A stretch of 64,000 bases of DNA from an uncultured Ruminococcus sp. (lineage in GTDB: Bacteria > Bacillota > Clostridia > Lachnospirales > Lachnospiraceae): contig CAJFQC010000010.1 of the NCBI GenBank assembly GCA_904418845.1, forward strand, positions 2,329 through 66,328, written 5' to 3'. The notes beneath the pieces were generated by a model. The model was given only the letters and a program-made list of their open reading frames with translations. It had not been told where the DNA came from and ran no database searches. The position numbers were made by a program, and so were the translations under genes. Below, in pieces: positions 18,660 to 29,397 of the stretch; within the stretch, counting starts at the first letter, position 1; the number at the start of each line of letters is the position of its first letter.

Positions 18660-18680
18660 TTGCAGTACTTAAGCTTTGCA

Positions 18681-18753
18681 TGGAGTATACGGGATTCGAA
18701 CCCGTGGCCTCAACAATGCGAATGTTGCGCGCTCCCAACTGCGCTAATACCCC
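18681..18753 (-). tRNA. tRNA-Ala (CGC)
   Basis: Cloverleaf with GGGGTAT/ATACTCC acceptor stem (G3.U70) and anticodon loop TT-CGC-AT; CCA not encoded. Confidence 0.95.
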
Positions 18754-18762
18754 GGATGATAA

Positions 18763-18835
18763 TGGAAACAACGGGGCTCGAACCCATGACCTCCCGCTAG
18801 TCAGGCGAGCGCTCTCCCAGCTGAGCTATGTTTCC
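18763..18835 (-). tRNA. tRNA-Val (GAC) with atypical U37
   Basis: GGAAACA/TGTTTCC acceptor stem, anticodon loop CT-GAC-TA, T-loop TTCGAGC. Confidence 0.9.
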
Positions 18836-18880
18836 ACATCTGTCGTTTATTATATCACTCATTGGCATAGATGTATAGAC

Positions 18881-19561
18881 TTAATTTTTCCTTTCTCCGT
18901 CTTTCCGCACTACTGCCACCGCCTGCATATGCTGGGCGCAGTGCCTTTCCTCAACTATAGCTTTCGGATAATGAATGAGTCCATTTCCCTCATACGGATC
19001 ATTAAAATAATATCCTTTTTCGTCATATCCAACAAGGAGCATGCAATGTTCGTTAGATACCCATGTAAATACTTCCCCTGTGTCCATGAATCTCCACTCT
19101 GGTCCGATAACTGGCTCCCGCATATTGATACACGCCCAGCACACAACAGGCATTCCACTGTCAATATATTGGTGAATCAGTTGCGGAAGCGGGGTTCGCG
19201 TCTCATCCACAACTTCATACACTGGCATGCGCTCTCCGCACGCCTCTTCTGACGCCTTGCCTCTCACTGTCCTCTCTGATAATACTTTGTCAAGCGCTTT
19301 GGCGATCACCGGAGCATAGCACCCAAAGGACTCGTCATCATACGGACTTCCACAGAAATATTTGCGCGGGTCGGGGCCATAAAGCTCTCCGTCCCGCTGT
19401 TCAAATTCCTGTTTATCCAGATAATTTTCTATAAACTCATCTACCGTGATATCCACTCCCAGAAAACGGAGCAGCATCACTGCAGATACGCTCTCACATC
19501 CAGTCGGATATGCGCCGCTCTGATCGATATACGGCGCATCGATCAGTACACGATCAGGCAT
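18881..19561 (-). CDS. C39-like cysteine peptidase (no signal peptide)
   Basis: YIDQ...PTGCESVSAVMLL, EHCMLLVGYD, YFNDPY; start overlaps the nhaC stop. Confidence 0.85.
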   Translation of the reverse strand: MPDRVLIDAPYIDQSGAYPTGCESVSAVMLLRFLGVDITVDEFIENYLDKQEFEQRDGELYGPDPRKYFCGSPYDDESFGCYAPVIAKALDKVLSERTVRGKASEEACGERMPVYEVVDETRTPLPQLIHQYIDSGMPVVCWACINMREPVIGPEWRFMDTGEVFTWVSNEHCMLLVGYDEKGYYFNDPYEGNGLIHYPKAIVEERHCAQHMQAVAVVRKDGERKN

Positions 19562-21080
19562 TACCTTTCTCCCGACTCTTTCCGAGAACAACCTTCATAC
19601 CGGTGAGCACTGCCAGAAGAACGATCAGGCTGACCCCCAGAGCGACCCACCAGATATGCACAACCCCTGCCAGGATGTACCCGAAGAAACAGATAGCCGC
19701 CACGACCGCCGCATACTGCATCTGTGTGGACACATGGTTGATGTGGTTACTCTGCGCTCCGGCCGAGGACATGACAGTCGTATCTGAGATCGGGGATACG
19801 TGGTCGCCGCACACTGCTCCTGCCAGTACTGCAGATACGGAAATGATCATCATCTGCATATTGTTACTTCCCGAGAACATACCTGTCGCAATAGGTACTA
19901 GGATTGCAAATGTCCCCCACGATGTACCCGTAGAAAACGACAGGAACACCGCCGCCGCGAACAGAACCGCAGGAATGAAGATACTGGCAGAGGCATTGTC
20001 TCCTACGACATGTCCCACTAAGTCAGCAAGCCCAAGAGCATCGCCCATGCCTTTTAAGGACCATGCAAAGATAAGGATCGTAACCGCGGGTATCATCAGC
20101 TTGAACCCTTCTACAAGGCTGTCCATAAATCCTCTGAATGTCACGACTTTCCTGGGCAGATACAAGAGCACCATAAAGAAGATGGTCACCATAGTGGCAA
20201 AAACCAGACTGATCTCAGCGTCACATCCGGAAAACGCCGTAATAATATCCGCCGCGCCGCCCAGATATCCTGTGTAGATCATAGCGCCAATTGCCGAGAC
20301 AATGAGCACGGCAACGGGAAGCACCAGATCCATGACCCTTCCGTTCTGATTCACTTCTTCTTCGGATACCTGCTCGAACTCCTCAGCGCCGCTTGTAAAC
20401 AGATCGCCCTTCGCGGCGTTATCTTCATGCTTTTTCATAAGACCAAAGTCGAATGCTGTGATCGTGACAAAAAATACCATCACAAGTGTCAAAATCGCAT
20501 ATAGATTGTACGGTATTGTATTGAGGAAAAGCTGGAACCCACTGATCCCCGCGTCCTCCGGCACATAAGAGTTGACTGCCGCCGCCCAGCTCGAAATCGG
20601 CGCTATGATACAGACTGGAGCCGCTGTCGCGTCGATGATATACGCCAGCTTTGCTCTTGATACTTTGTAGCGGTCTGTCACCGGGCGCATCACAGAGCCC
20701 ACAGTCAGGCAGTTGAAATAATCATCTACAAAAATCAGGATACCAAGCCCTGTCGTCGCCAAAAGAGCGGTCTTCTTTGACTTGATCTTCGTCTCCGCCC
20801 ATCTGCCGTAAGCGCCGGAACCTCCCGACTTCGCCATTAGCACGATGATCATGCCGAGCAGCACGTCAAAGATCAGGATATTCAGATTCATGCTGTTCTT
20901 CATGATATCAAAGAAATTCACAAAAGCATTCCACGGATGGAATCCACTGTAGAGCAGAGCGCCCACTGCCACGCCAATAAAGAGGGAACTGTATACTTCC
21001 TTCGTGACCAGCGCAAGAATGATCGCCAGAAGAGGCGGAACTAACGCCCACCATGTTCCGATAAACATTGAACCGTCCAT
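19554..21080 (-). CDS. Na+/H+ antiporter NhaC family protein
   Basis: FVDDYFN, DATAAPVC, GTSWGTF, GDHVSPISDTTVMSS. Confidence 0.92.
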   Translation of the reverse strand: MDGSMFIGTWWALVPPLLAIILALVTKEVYSSLFIGVAVGALLYSGFHPWNAFVNFFDIMKNSMNLNILIFDVLLGMIIVLMAKSGGSGAYGRWAETKIKSKKTALLATTGLGILIFVDDYFNCLTVGSVMRPVTDRYKVSRAKLAYIIDATAAPVCIIAPISSWAAAVNSYVPEDAGISGFQLFLNTIPYNLYAILTLVMVFFVTITAFDFGLMKKHEDNAAKGDLFTSGAEEFEQVSEEEVNQNGRVMDLVLPVAVLIVSAIGAMIYTGYLGGAADIITAFSGCDAEISLVFATMVTIFFMVLLYLPRKVVTFRGFMDSLVEGFKLMIPAVTILIFAWSLKGMGDALGLADLVGHVVGDNASASIFIPAVLFAAAVFLSFSTGTSWGTFAILVPIATGMFSGSNNMQMMIISVSAVLAGAVCGDHVSPISDTTVMSSAGAQSNHINHVSTQMQYAAVVAAICFFGYILAGVVHIWWVALGVSLIVLLAVLTGMKVVLGKSREKGNA

Positions 21081-21166
21081 ATTTTATTCTCCATTCCTTT
21101 TTACTGTATCTCACGTCAGAAATCCAAGACAGTCTCTTCTGCCTTTGTCTTCCGGCGTTATCTTCT

Positions 21167-21195
21167 ATTGTATAGAACCGCCGGGAAATTGACAA
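21167..21195 (-). promoter_or_regulatory. SigA-type promoter of the nhaC-C39 operon
   Basis: TTGTCA-17 nt-TACAAT on the minus strand. Confidence 0.65.
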
Positions 21196-21379
21196 GCACG
21201 ATTCATATCAGGGCCTGTGTTTCGTACAAAATCAAGCGGGATCTCGCTTAAACAGAGCGGACACGCCTTTGTTGTCGAGGCTTCCGTATTTGAAAAAACA
21301 CTAAAATAATATTTTTCATTACCCTTCGGCGTTCTATCTGCTATAATGTCTTTAAAATGTCAAAAAGGAAGGTTTGATC

Positions 21380-21853
21380 ATGTCTGTTGAAATCGTGAGA
21401 AATTATTTTAAAGAAAACAATATAGATAAGGATATCTTAGAATTCCCTGTTTCCAGCGCTACAGTAGAACTTGCCGCACAGGCAGTCGGTGTGGAACCGG
21501 CTCGTATCGCCAAGACGATGTCCTTCTATACAAAAGACAAGGAAGCTGCCATCCTCGTGGTCACAGCCGGAGACACGAAAGTAGATAACAGTAAATTCAA
21601 ACACTGCTTTGGGATGAAAGCAAAGATGCTCACCGCAGAAGATGTAGAACGTCTGACCGGACATGCCATTGGAGGCGTATGTCCATTCGGGAATCCGACC
21701 CCTGTCACCGTATATCTTGACATTTCCATGCAGCGCTTCGAAAGCGTATTTCCCGCAGCAGGAAGCGGGAACTCCGCAGTGGAGATGACGTGTGAAGATC
21801 TGGAAAAGTATTCCGGCGCCAAAGAGTGGGTAGATGTTTGCAAGCTGATCTAG
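21380..21853 (+). CDS. YbaK/EbsC family aminoacyl-tRNA deacylase
   Basis: IAKTM, GHAIGGVCPFG, PAAGSGNSAV; extended -10 TGcTATAAT at 21339-21347. Confidence 0.9.
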   Translation: MSVEIVRNYFKENNIDKDILEFPVSSATVELAAQAVGVEPARIAKTMSFYTKDKEAAILVVTAGDTKVDNSKFKHCFGMKAKMLTAEDVERLTGHAIGGVCPFGNPTPVTVYLDISMQRFESVFPAAGSGNSAVEMTCEDLEKYSGAKEWVDVCKLI

Positions 21854-21909
21854 ATAAAAGCGGAGAGATGTGAAAGCTGACACCGCTCCACACATCTCTC
21901 CGCTTTTAT
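21854..21909. terminator. Bidirectional intrinsic terminator
   Basis: Perfect 19-bp inverted repeat ATAAAAGCGGAGAGATGTG...CACATCTCTCCGCTTTTAT. Confidence 0.9.
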
Positions 21910-21911
21910 TT

Positions 21912-22676
21912 TTACACACTCAGTTTCTTATCTGCGACCCATCCGGACGCTCCAAACAGGATAAAGGATATGATAATATAGTACACGATGTCCCATGGAT
22001 TCCATCCGGCAAAAACTCTCATGTCCGCGAGCACCGGGATGCCATGCAGGAGGCTCATTCCTTTGTCCACGACGATGTTCAGTACAAAGAAAATAATAAC
22101 TGCCAGAAGTCCCGCAAACCTTGATCTGATCAGCACTGTACGCGCAAGTATTACAGACAGGAATCCAAGGAAGATCATTTGCGCCCACCCAATGAATACA
22201 GAAAGACAGAACATAAACAGATCACCCCAGGATATATTGATCTCCAGAGTCTTCCGTATGAATACCTCCGCAATCTCAAAGACCGAGCGAATGCCGCCGT
22301 ACTCAACTACGGCAACGCCCATGCAGATACATCCCGCCGCCATAAATGCCGCAAACACAACGAACATCTGTAAAATGGCAGAGACAAACTTTGCCCCCAA
22401 TATTTCCCATATAGACTTAGGGACCATCCAGAGCATATAGCTCTGCTTCGTCCGCAGATCACGGTTCAGCACAAGGATACTCTCTATCCCCGTGTAAAGA
22501 AGGACAAGGAATGCCATGCTGAACATCAGCACCACCACCACTCCTGCCGCACCGCCATTTCCCCTGTCAAAAATCAGTCCCCATACAAAGGCAAGTATCC
22601 CGACCACCAGCATTGCCAGAATGACCATTCTCGAAGTCCTCTGCTTCTTCCATTCATATTTGATCAGTTTTCCCAT
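21912..22676 (-). CDS. ABC-2 type permease
   Basis: MGKLIKYEW start, 6 TM segments, downstream of an ABC ATPase. Confidence 0.8.
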   Translation of the reverse strand: MGKLIKYEWKKQRTSRMVILAMLVVGILAFVWGLIFDRGNGGAAGVVVVLMFSMAFLVLLYTGIESILVLNRDLRTKQSYMLWMVPKSIWEILGAKFVSAILQMFVVFAAFMAAGCICMGVAVVEYGGIRSVFEIAEVFIRKTLEINISWGDLFMFCLSVFIGWAQMIFLGFLSVILARTVLIRSRFAGLLAVIIFFVLNIVVDKGMSLLHGIPVLADMRVFAGWNPWDIVYYIIISFILFGASGWVADKKLSV

Positions 22677-22702
22677 TTTCGATTCCTCCTAAACAAAACG
22701 CT

Positions 22703-23389
22703 TTACATCAAGTCCATATAGATCTCTGCCAAAGACCGGCCGCTCCTCATGCGCTCGGATTCAAGGTCGATCTTATCTACGAGATGTCCGTCTCTGATAA
22801 ACACCGCATAGTCGATAAAGCTCTCTACTTCTTCCAGCAGATGTGTAGAGATCACAAACGTTCTCTTCTCATCTGCCTCCTCGAGAATCAGCTTTATGAT
22901 CTCCTCCCTGGCCTTGTAGTCGATACCGTTTAACGGTTCGTCAAGAAGACACAGGCTCGCGCGGCGTGACAGTGTTGCCGCCAGTTTCAGCTTCGCGCTC
23001 ATGCCGCTGGAGAGATTTCTCACCTTCTGTGCAGGCATTAGATTCATTTTTCCTATTAGTTCTTCGAATCGTTTCCTGTCAAAATCAGGAAAGAAATCCG
23101 CATAATAGTCTCCCACATCATTCACCTTCATAAAATCATAGAAAAACGGTTCTGTCGCCATGTAAGCGATCTCCCCTTTGTCTTTGTAACCGAGCAGATG
23201 CCCTTTGTAAATGATCTCGCCGTGGCCCGGCTTTGTAAGCCCTGCCACCATTTTCATCCATGTGGTCTTGCCGCTTCCGTTCTCTCCGAGAAGCCCGTAG
23301 ATTTTTCCCTCGGCCAGATTCAGCGTAAGATCTGCCACCGCCGTTGTATCACCATACCATTTTGTCAGTTCTTTACACTCCAGGATCAT
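22703..23389 (-). CDS. ABC transporter ATP-binding protein (YtrB-like)
   Basis: GENGSGKTT, LSSGM, LLDEPLNG, ISTH. Confidence 0.93.
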   Translation of the reverse strand: MILECKELTKWYGDTTAVADLTLNLAEGKIYGLLGENGSGKTTWMKMVAGLTKPGHGEIIYKGHLLGYKDKGEIAYMATEPFFYDFMKVNDVGDYYADFFPDFDRKRFEELIGKMNLMPAQKVRNLSSGMSAKLKLAATLSRRASLCLLDEPLNGIDYKAREEIIKLILEEADEKRTFVISTHLLEEVESFIDYAVFIRDGHLVDKIDLESERMRSGRSLAEIYMDLM

Positions 23390-23751
23390 TTTTCTTCCTC
23401 CTCTTTATAGTCCTCTATCTGGGAGATAATGTCTTTCTTCTCAAATCCCAAGTCGCTCATCTCACGCATAAAACTTTCAAGAAGCTCCCCTGCCATCTCT
23501 TTTTTCACATTCTCAAACATATGCTCCTCCTCCGAGACGAACGTACCGATACCCCGTCTCGTAAAACAATATCCTTCCAGTTCCATCTCCCGGTATATCC
23601 TCGCCGCCGTATTCTGGTTGACCTTATACATAACTGCCAGTTCACGGCTCGCCGGCATCTTTCCCCCGGGTCTGAGCTCCCCTTTTACCATCTTTTTCTT
23701 CAGGTCATTTATCACTTGAAGATAGATGGGAGACACCGCGTTGTATTCCAT
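23386..23751 (-). CDS. GntR family regulator, YtrA subfamily
   Basis: Short GntR (PIYLQV...MPASRELA..YKVNQNTAARIYREME...RGIGTFV) heading an ABC operon. Confidence 0.9.
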   Translation of the reverse strand: MEYNAVSPIYLQVINDLKKKMVKGELRPGGKMPASRELAVMYKVNQNTAARIYREMELEGYCFTRRGIGTFVSEEEHMFENVKKEMAGELLESFMREMSDLGFEKKDIISQIEDYKEEEEK

Positions 23752-23834
23752 ACTCATCCTCCTCTGCGGACCCTCCGCCGTAACAATACGGCCCGGCTTT
23801 ATTGTCCACATCATTTTCATTTATTTGTTTATGC

Positions 23835-23880
23835 ACTAGTGTTATAGTTAAATAGTACACTAGTATTTCTTGTGTGTCAA
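23835..23880 (-). promoter_or_regulatory. Promoter with overlapping palindromic YtrA-type operator
   Basis: TTGACA (23875-80)-17 nt-TACTAT (23852-57); ACTAGTGT-N14-ACACTAGT (23835-23864) covers the -10. Confidence 0.75.
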
Positions 23881-23974
23881 TACCTTTTTATTTTTTCATT
23901 CAGTTTTCAAGTTGTCCGCAAAAGGTCACTATGCTAAAATATATCCAACACAGAAAACAGAAAGGAGATCTGCC

Positions 23975-24625
23975 ATGATTAAAGATGTACCGGCATCAAG
24001 CCCACTGATCGATGAGAAACTAAAGAGCGATTTATCCGGCATTTTCCAACGTCTCGAAGATGCTGTCACCATTAAAGCTGTCATTGACACATCCACAGAG
24101 AAAGGAAATGAGCTGGCGGGATTCCTGTCCGTGATCGCTTCTTTAAGTGAAAAGATCACCCTTGAAATGTATGCTCCGCAAGAGTCGGAATGCCCGCAGG
24201 AGCTGGACACGCAATGGCTTCCCGCAAGCGGGCTGTATAAGGACGGACAGTACTGCGGCATCGCTTTCCACGGCGTCCCCGGCGGTCAGGAGATCAACTC
24301 CTTTGTACTCGCCATCTACAACCTGTCAGGCCCTGGTCAGAAACTTGATATGTGGACAAAAAGACGTATCCGCAAACTTACAAAAAAAGCAAATATTAAA
24401 GTCTGTGTCTCACTGGCATGTCATCACTGTCCGAAAGTCGTTACTGCCGCGCAGCAGATTGCTGCCCTTAACGACAATATTGAAGCTGAGATGATCGACG
24501 CCGGGCTGTATCCTGATCTGGTAGAGAAATATGAGATTGAGAGAGTCCCTGTGATCATCATTGATGACAACCAAAAATATATTGGTGCAAAAACAATAGA
24601 TGAGCTCATGGATCTTGTTAAGTAA
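23975..24625 (+). CDS. Thioredoxin-family protein resembling the AhpF N-terminal domain
   Basis: FHGVPGGQEINSFVLAIYN, VSLACHHCPKVV, VERVP; two Trx folds and one CxxC. Confidence 0.8.
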   Translation: MIKDVPASSPLIDEKLKSDLSGIFQRLEDAVTIKAVIDTSTEKGNELAGFLSVIASLSEKITLEMYAPQESECPQELDTQWLPASGLYKDGQYCGIAFHGVPGGQEINSFVLAIYNLSGPGQKLDMWTKRRIRKLTKKANIKVCVSLACHHCPKVVTAAQQIAALNDNIEAEMIDAGLYPDLVEKYEIERVPVIIIDDNQKYIGAKTIDELMDLVK

Positions 24626-24731
24626 ATATCAATATATTTGTCAAATTTTGCTTATTTTCTCGGAAATTCCATGTCGTTTTCCGATACACCTTGTATAATT
24701 TGCGCAATTTGCTGTTATTTTTCAGATTATA

Positions 24732-24760
24732 TTGATTTTATTTATGCATTATGATATATT
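24732..24760 (+). promoter_or_regulatory. SigA-type promoter of the glp operon
   Basis: TTGATT-17 nt-TATATT with extended TG. Confidence 0.55.
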
Positions 24761-24792
24761 TAATCCAAACAGAAATGGAAGTGCTTTGAGAG

Positions 24793-24843
24793 GAGAGCGG
24801 ATTAATACAACAGAAATGTTGTTTTTAATCATGCTCTCTTTTT
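24793..24843 (+). terminator. Leader terminator (attenuator) upstream of glpP
   Basis: GAGAGC..ATTAA.ACAACA-GAAA-TGTTGT..TTAAT..GCTCTC followed by T5, between promoter and start codon. Confidence 0.7.
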
Positions 24844-24913
24844 AGCACACAGAAATTTTTCAGGACTCCCCTGGAGAAAACCATCATAAAATGCAGTAGG
24901 TCGGAGATATATT

Positions 24914-25483
24914 ATGGAACAGAGATTTTACGATATGATAGAAAACAATCCTGTGATAGCAGCCGTCAAGGATGCGGACGGACTTAAAAGATGCTGTGAG
25001 CTCGAGGAGATTAGGGTGGTCTTTATCCTTTTTGGTGATATCTGTTCCATCACGGATATCGTAAAGCAGATCAAAACAGCAGGAAAAATGGCGATCGTGC
25101 ACATTGACCTTGTGGCCGGTTTAAGCTCCAAGGAAATTTCGGTTTCTTTTATTAAAAAACACACGGAGGCAGACGGCATCATCACAACAAAACCCGGTCT
25201 TATCAAAAAGGCAAAGGAACTGTCCCTGCTTACTGTCCTTCGATATTTTCTGATTGATTCCATGGCGCTGGAAAATATCTACCAGCAACAGCACAGCATC
25301 CGCCCTGATTTTATCGAAGTGCTCCCCGGACTGATGCCGCAGGTCATCCGCCAGGTCACAGCCTCTATCAAGACCCCTGTGGTTGCCGGTGGCCTCATCT
25401 CGGACAAAGAGGCGGTAGTAGCGGCGCTGAAAGCGGGCGCGATCTCTGTATCCACTACAAATCAGGACGTATGGCTGATGTAA
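24914..25483 (+). CDS. glpP: Glycerol-3-phosphate responsive antiterminator
   Basis: NPVIAAV, VHIDLVAGL, ITTK, IEVLPG, AGGLI, STTN. Confidence 0.95.
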   Translation: MEQRFYDMIENNPVIAAVKDADGLKRCCELEEIRVVFILFGDICSITDIVKQIKTAGKMAIVHIDLVAGLSSKEISVSFIKKHTEADGIITTKPGLIKKAKELSLLTVLRYFLIDSMALENIYQQQHSIRPDFIEVLPGLMPQVIRQVTASIKTPVVAGGLISDKEAVVAALKAGAISVSTTNQDVWLM

Positions 25484-25545
25484 ATTTGGGCAAGATGGTT
25501 TTTCATTAAGTTCTTAAGCCGCCTCTGATCGGCAGGGTGGTTTAG

Positions 25546-27096
<1,551 letters not shown>

Positions 27097-27113
27097 GAAA
27101 AGGAGGTTATTTT

Positions 27114-27824
27114 ATGCTGCCATACATAGCTGAATTTATTGGGACAATGATGCTGATCTTATTGGGCGACGGAGTTGTTGCCAACGTAACCCTCAACAAA
27201 TCCGGCATGAAGGGTGCAGGCTCCATCCAGATCACATTTGCATGGGGTCTTGCCGTTATGCTTCCTGCGTTCATCTTCGGGGCAGCCTCCGGAGCCAGCT
27301 TCAATCCGGCTCTCACGCTGGCTCTCGCTATTGATGGAAGCTTTGACTGGGCGCTTGTACCCGGATATATCATCGCACAGTTCGCAGGAGCGTTCTGCGG
27401 CGCCGTCCTTGTTTATATCCTGTTCAAAGGACAATTTGATGCTACCGAAGATCCGGGAACGAAGCTGGGCGTATTCAGTACCGCCCCGTCTATCCCTAAC
27501 ACAGGCCTTAACATTTTAAGTGAAGCGATCGGAACATTTGTACTTGTATTCGCGATCAAAGGCATCGCCCAGGTAGAAGGCATCGCCGGAGGGCTTGACA
27601 AATTCCTCGTATTCGGAATCATCGTTTCTGTCGGTATGTCACTTGGCGGACTTACCGGATATGCGATTAATCCGGCCCGTGACTTAGGCCCCCGCCTTGC
27701 TCACGCAATCCTGCCGATCAAAGGCAAAGGAAGCTCCAACTGGGGATATGGCATCGTTACTCTTGTAGGACCGATCCTCGGCGCTGTCGCTGCCGTACTA
27801 CTCTATGGTGCAATCCCGTGGTAG
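27114..27824 (+). CDS. glpF: Glycerol uptake facilitator (MIP family)
   Basis: SFNPA and INPARD NPA motifs; directly follows glpK. Confidence 0.93.
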   Translation: MLPYIAEFIGTMMLILLGDGVVANVTLNKSGMKGAGSIQITFAWGLAVMLPAFIFGAASGASFNPALTLALAIDGSFDWALVPGYIIAQFAGAFCGAVLVYILFKGQFDATEDPGTKLGVFSTAPSIPNTGLNILSEAIGTFVLVFAIKGIAQVEGIAGGLDKFLVFGIIVSVGMSLGGLTGYAINPARDLGPRLAHAILPIKGKGSSNWGYGIVTLVGPILGAVAAVLLYGAIPW

Positions 27825-27860
27825 GACAGACTTAAAAATGAATATCCAAGTTGCATGAGT

Positions 27861-27918
27861 GAAGAGAGTCTGGCAATTCCTGCGCATCGAAAGATGCGCT
27901 ATCTGTCAGGCTCTTTTC
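27861..27918 (+). promoter_or_regulatory. Long GAAA-capped hairpin between glpF and the oxidoreductase genes (internal attenuator or stabiliser candidate)
   Basis: 15-bp outer stem with G.U pairs and an inner GCGCATC-GAAA-GATGCGC stem. Confidence 0.6.
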
Positions 27919-27943
27919 CAAAGCAGGAAAGGAAGATTGAAAA

Positions 27944-29380
27944 ATGTATGATGTAATCATAATCGGCGCCGGAGTATCCGGCTCAGCATCTGCCAGGGAG
28001 TTATCCCGTTATAAGCTGAATGTCTGCGTGCTGGAACGCGAGGAGGACGTCTGCTGCGGGACTTCCAAGGCAAACAGCGGGATCGTCCATGCCGGTTTCG
28101 ACGCCGCAAGCGGTTCACTTATGGCAAAATTGAATGTCCGCGGCAACCAGATGATGGAACAGCTTTCCGTGGATCTCGATTTCCCATTCAAGAAAAACGG
28201 CTCTCTCGTCGTTTGTTTAAGCGAAGACGATATGCCAAAGCTCCGCGAGCTATATGACCGCGGTATCACTAACGGCGTAAAAGAGCTGCGCATCTTAAGC
28301 CGTGAAGAGCTCAGAGAATTGGAGCCCAACATCAGCGATGACGCTTACGCCGCGCTGTACGCTCCCACCGGCGGCATCGTCTGTCCTTTTAATCTGAATA
28401 TCGCTCTGGCGGAGAACGCCAGCATGAACGGTGTAGAATTCAAGTTTGACACCGAGGTCCGGGACCTCCAAAAGAACGGGGATATCTGGGAGGTGCACAC
28501 CTCACAAGGCGTATTTCAGGCAAGATGCGTCGTCAATGCGGCAGGCGTCTATGCGGATAAATTCCACAACATGGTAAGCGAAGATAAGATCCACATCACC
28601 CCAAGGCGGGGCGACTACTGTCTGCTGGACAAGACTGCCGGAGAGCATGTGAACCATACCATATTCGCCCTGCCGGGAAAATTCGGCAAAGGTATCCTTG
28701 TCACCCCCACGGTTCACGGCAACCTGCTGCTTGGTCCTACCGCTCTGGATATCGACGACAAAGAGGGAACAAACACCACAAGAGAAGGTCTGGATCAAGT
28801 GATCGCAAAAGCCGGTATGAACGTCAAAGACCTCCCCCTGCGCAAAGTCATTACTTCTTTTGCAGGGCTGCGCGCCCACGAGGACGCTCACGAATTTGTC
28901 ATCAGGGAGCTTCCTGATGCAGAAGGGTTTATCGACTGCGCGGGAATCGAATCTCCGGGCCTTACGAGCTGCCCCGCGATCGGAGAGATGGTGGCAGGCA
29001 TCATCCGCGACAAACTAAATCCTGAGGAAAATCCTCATTTTATCGCCACCCGCAAAGGTGTGCTTGATCCAGAGACACTTTCTAAGGAAGAGCGGATTGC
29101 GTTAATAAAAGAAAAACCTGCTTACGGCAACATCATCTGCCGCTGCGAAATGATCACAGAAGGCGAGATCCTCGACGCGATCCACCGTCCTCTCGGCGCG
29201 AAGTCATTAGACGGCGTCAAACGCAGGACCCGTGCGGGCATGGGACGCTGTCAGTCCGGTTTCTGCTCACCGCGCACAATGGAGATTCTCTCCAGGGAAC
29301 TCAATATGGACATGTTTGACATCACAAAGTCAGGCGGCAATTCTCATATCGTCGTCGGTACAAACAAAGACAGGATATAG
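27944..29380 (+). CDS. FAD-dependent oxidoreductase with C-terminal BFD-like [2Fe-2S] domain; probable glycerol-3-phosphate dehydrogenase catalytic subunit
   Basis: GAGVSG, TSKANSGIVHAG, GIESPGLT, CRCE...GMGRCQSGFC; located in the glp operon. Confidence 0.85.
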   Translation: MYDVIIIGAGVSGSASARELSRYKLNVCVLEREEDVCCGTSKANSGIVHAGFDAASGSLMAKLNVRGNQMMEQLSVDLDFPFKKNGSLVVCLSEDDMPKLRELYDRGITNGVKELRILSREELRELEPNISDDAYAALYAPTGGIVCPFNLNIALAENASMNGVEFKFDTEVRDLQKNGDIWEVHTSQGVFQARCVVNAAGVYADKFHNMVSEDKIHITPRRGDYCLLDKTAGEHVNHTIFALPGKFGKGILVTPTVHGNLLLGPTALDIDDKEGTNTTREGLDQVIAKAGMNVKDLPLRKVITSFAGLRAHEDAHEFVIRELPDAEGFIDCAGIESPGLTSCPAIGEMVAGIIRDKLNPEENPHFIATRKGVLDPETLSKEERIALIKEKPAYGNIICRCEMITEGEILDAIHRPLGAKSLDGVKRRTRAGMGRCQSGFCSPRTMEILSRELNMDMFDITKSGGNSHIVVGTNKDRI

Positions 29381-29397
29381 AAAGGAGGCAGCACAAT

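Noticed and set aside
18397-18680. Intact prophage or island integrated at ssrA or the tRNAs
   Set aside because: No integrase and no duplicated ssrA/tRNA 3' end; the interval is under 300 bp.
21081-21330. Lysine riboswitch or T-box upstream of the NhaC-family gene
   Set aside because: No recognisable conserved elements; a good promoter at 21167-21195 leaves only about 80 nt of leader.
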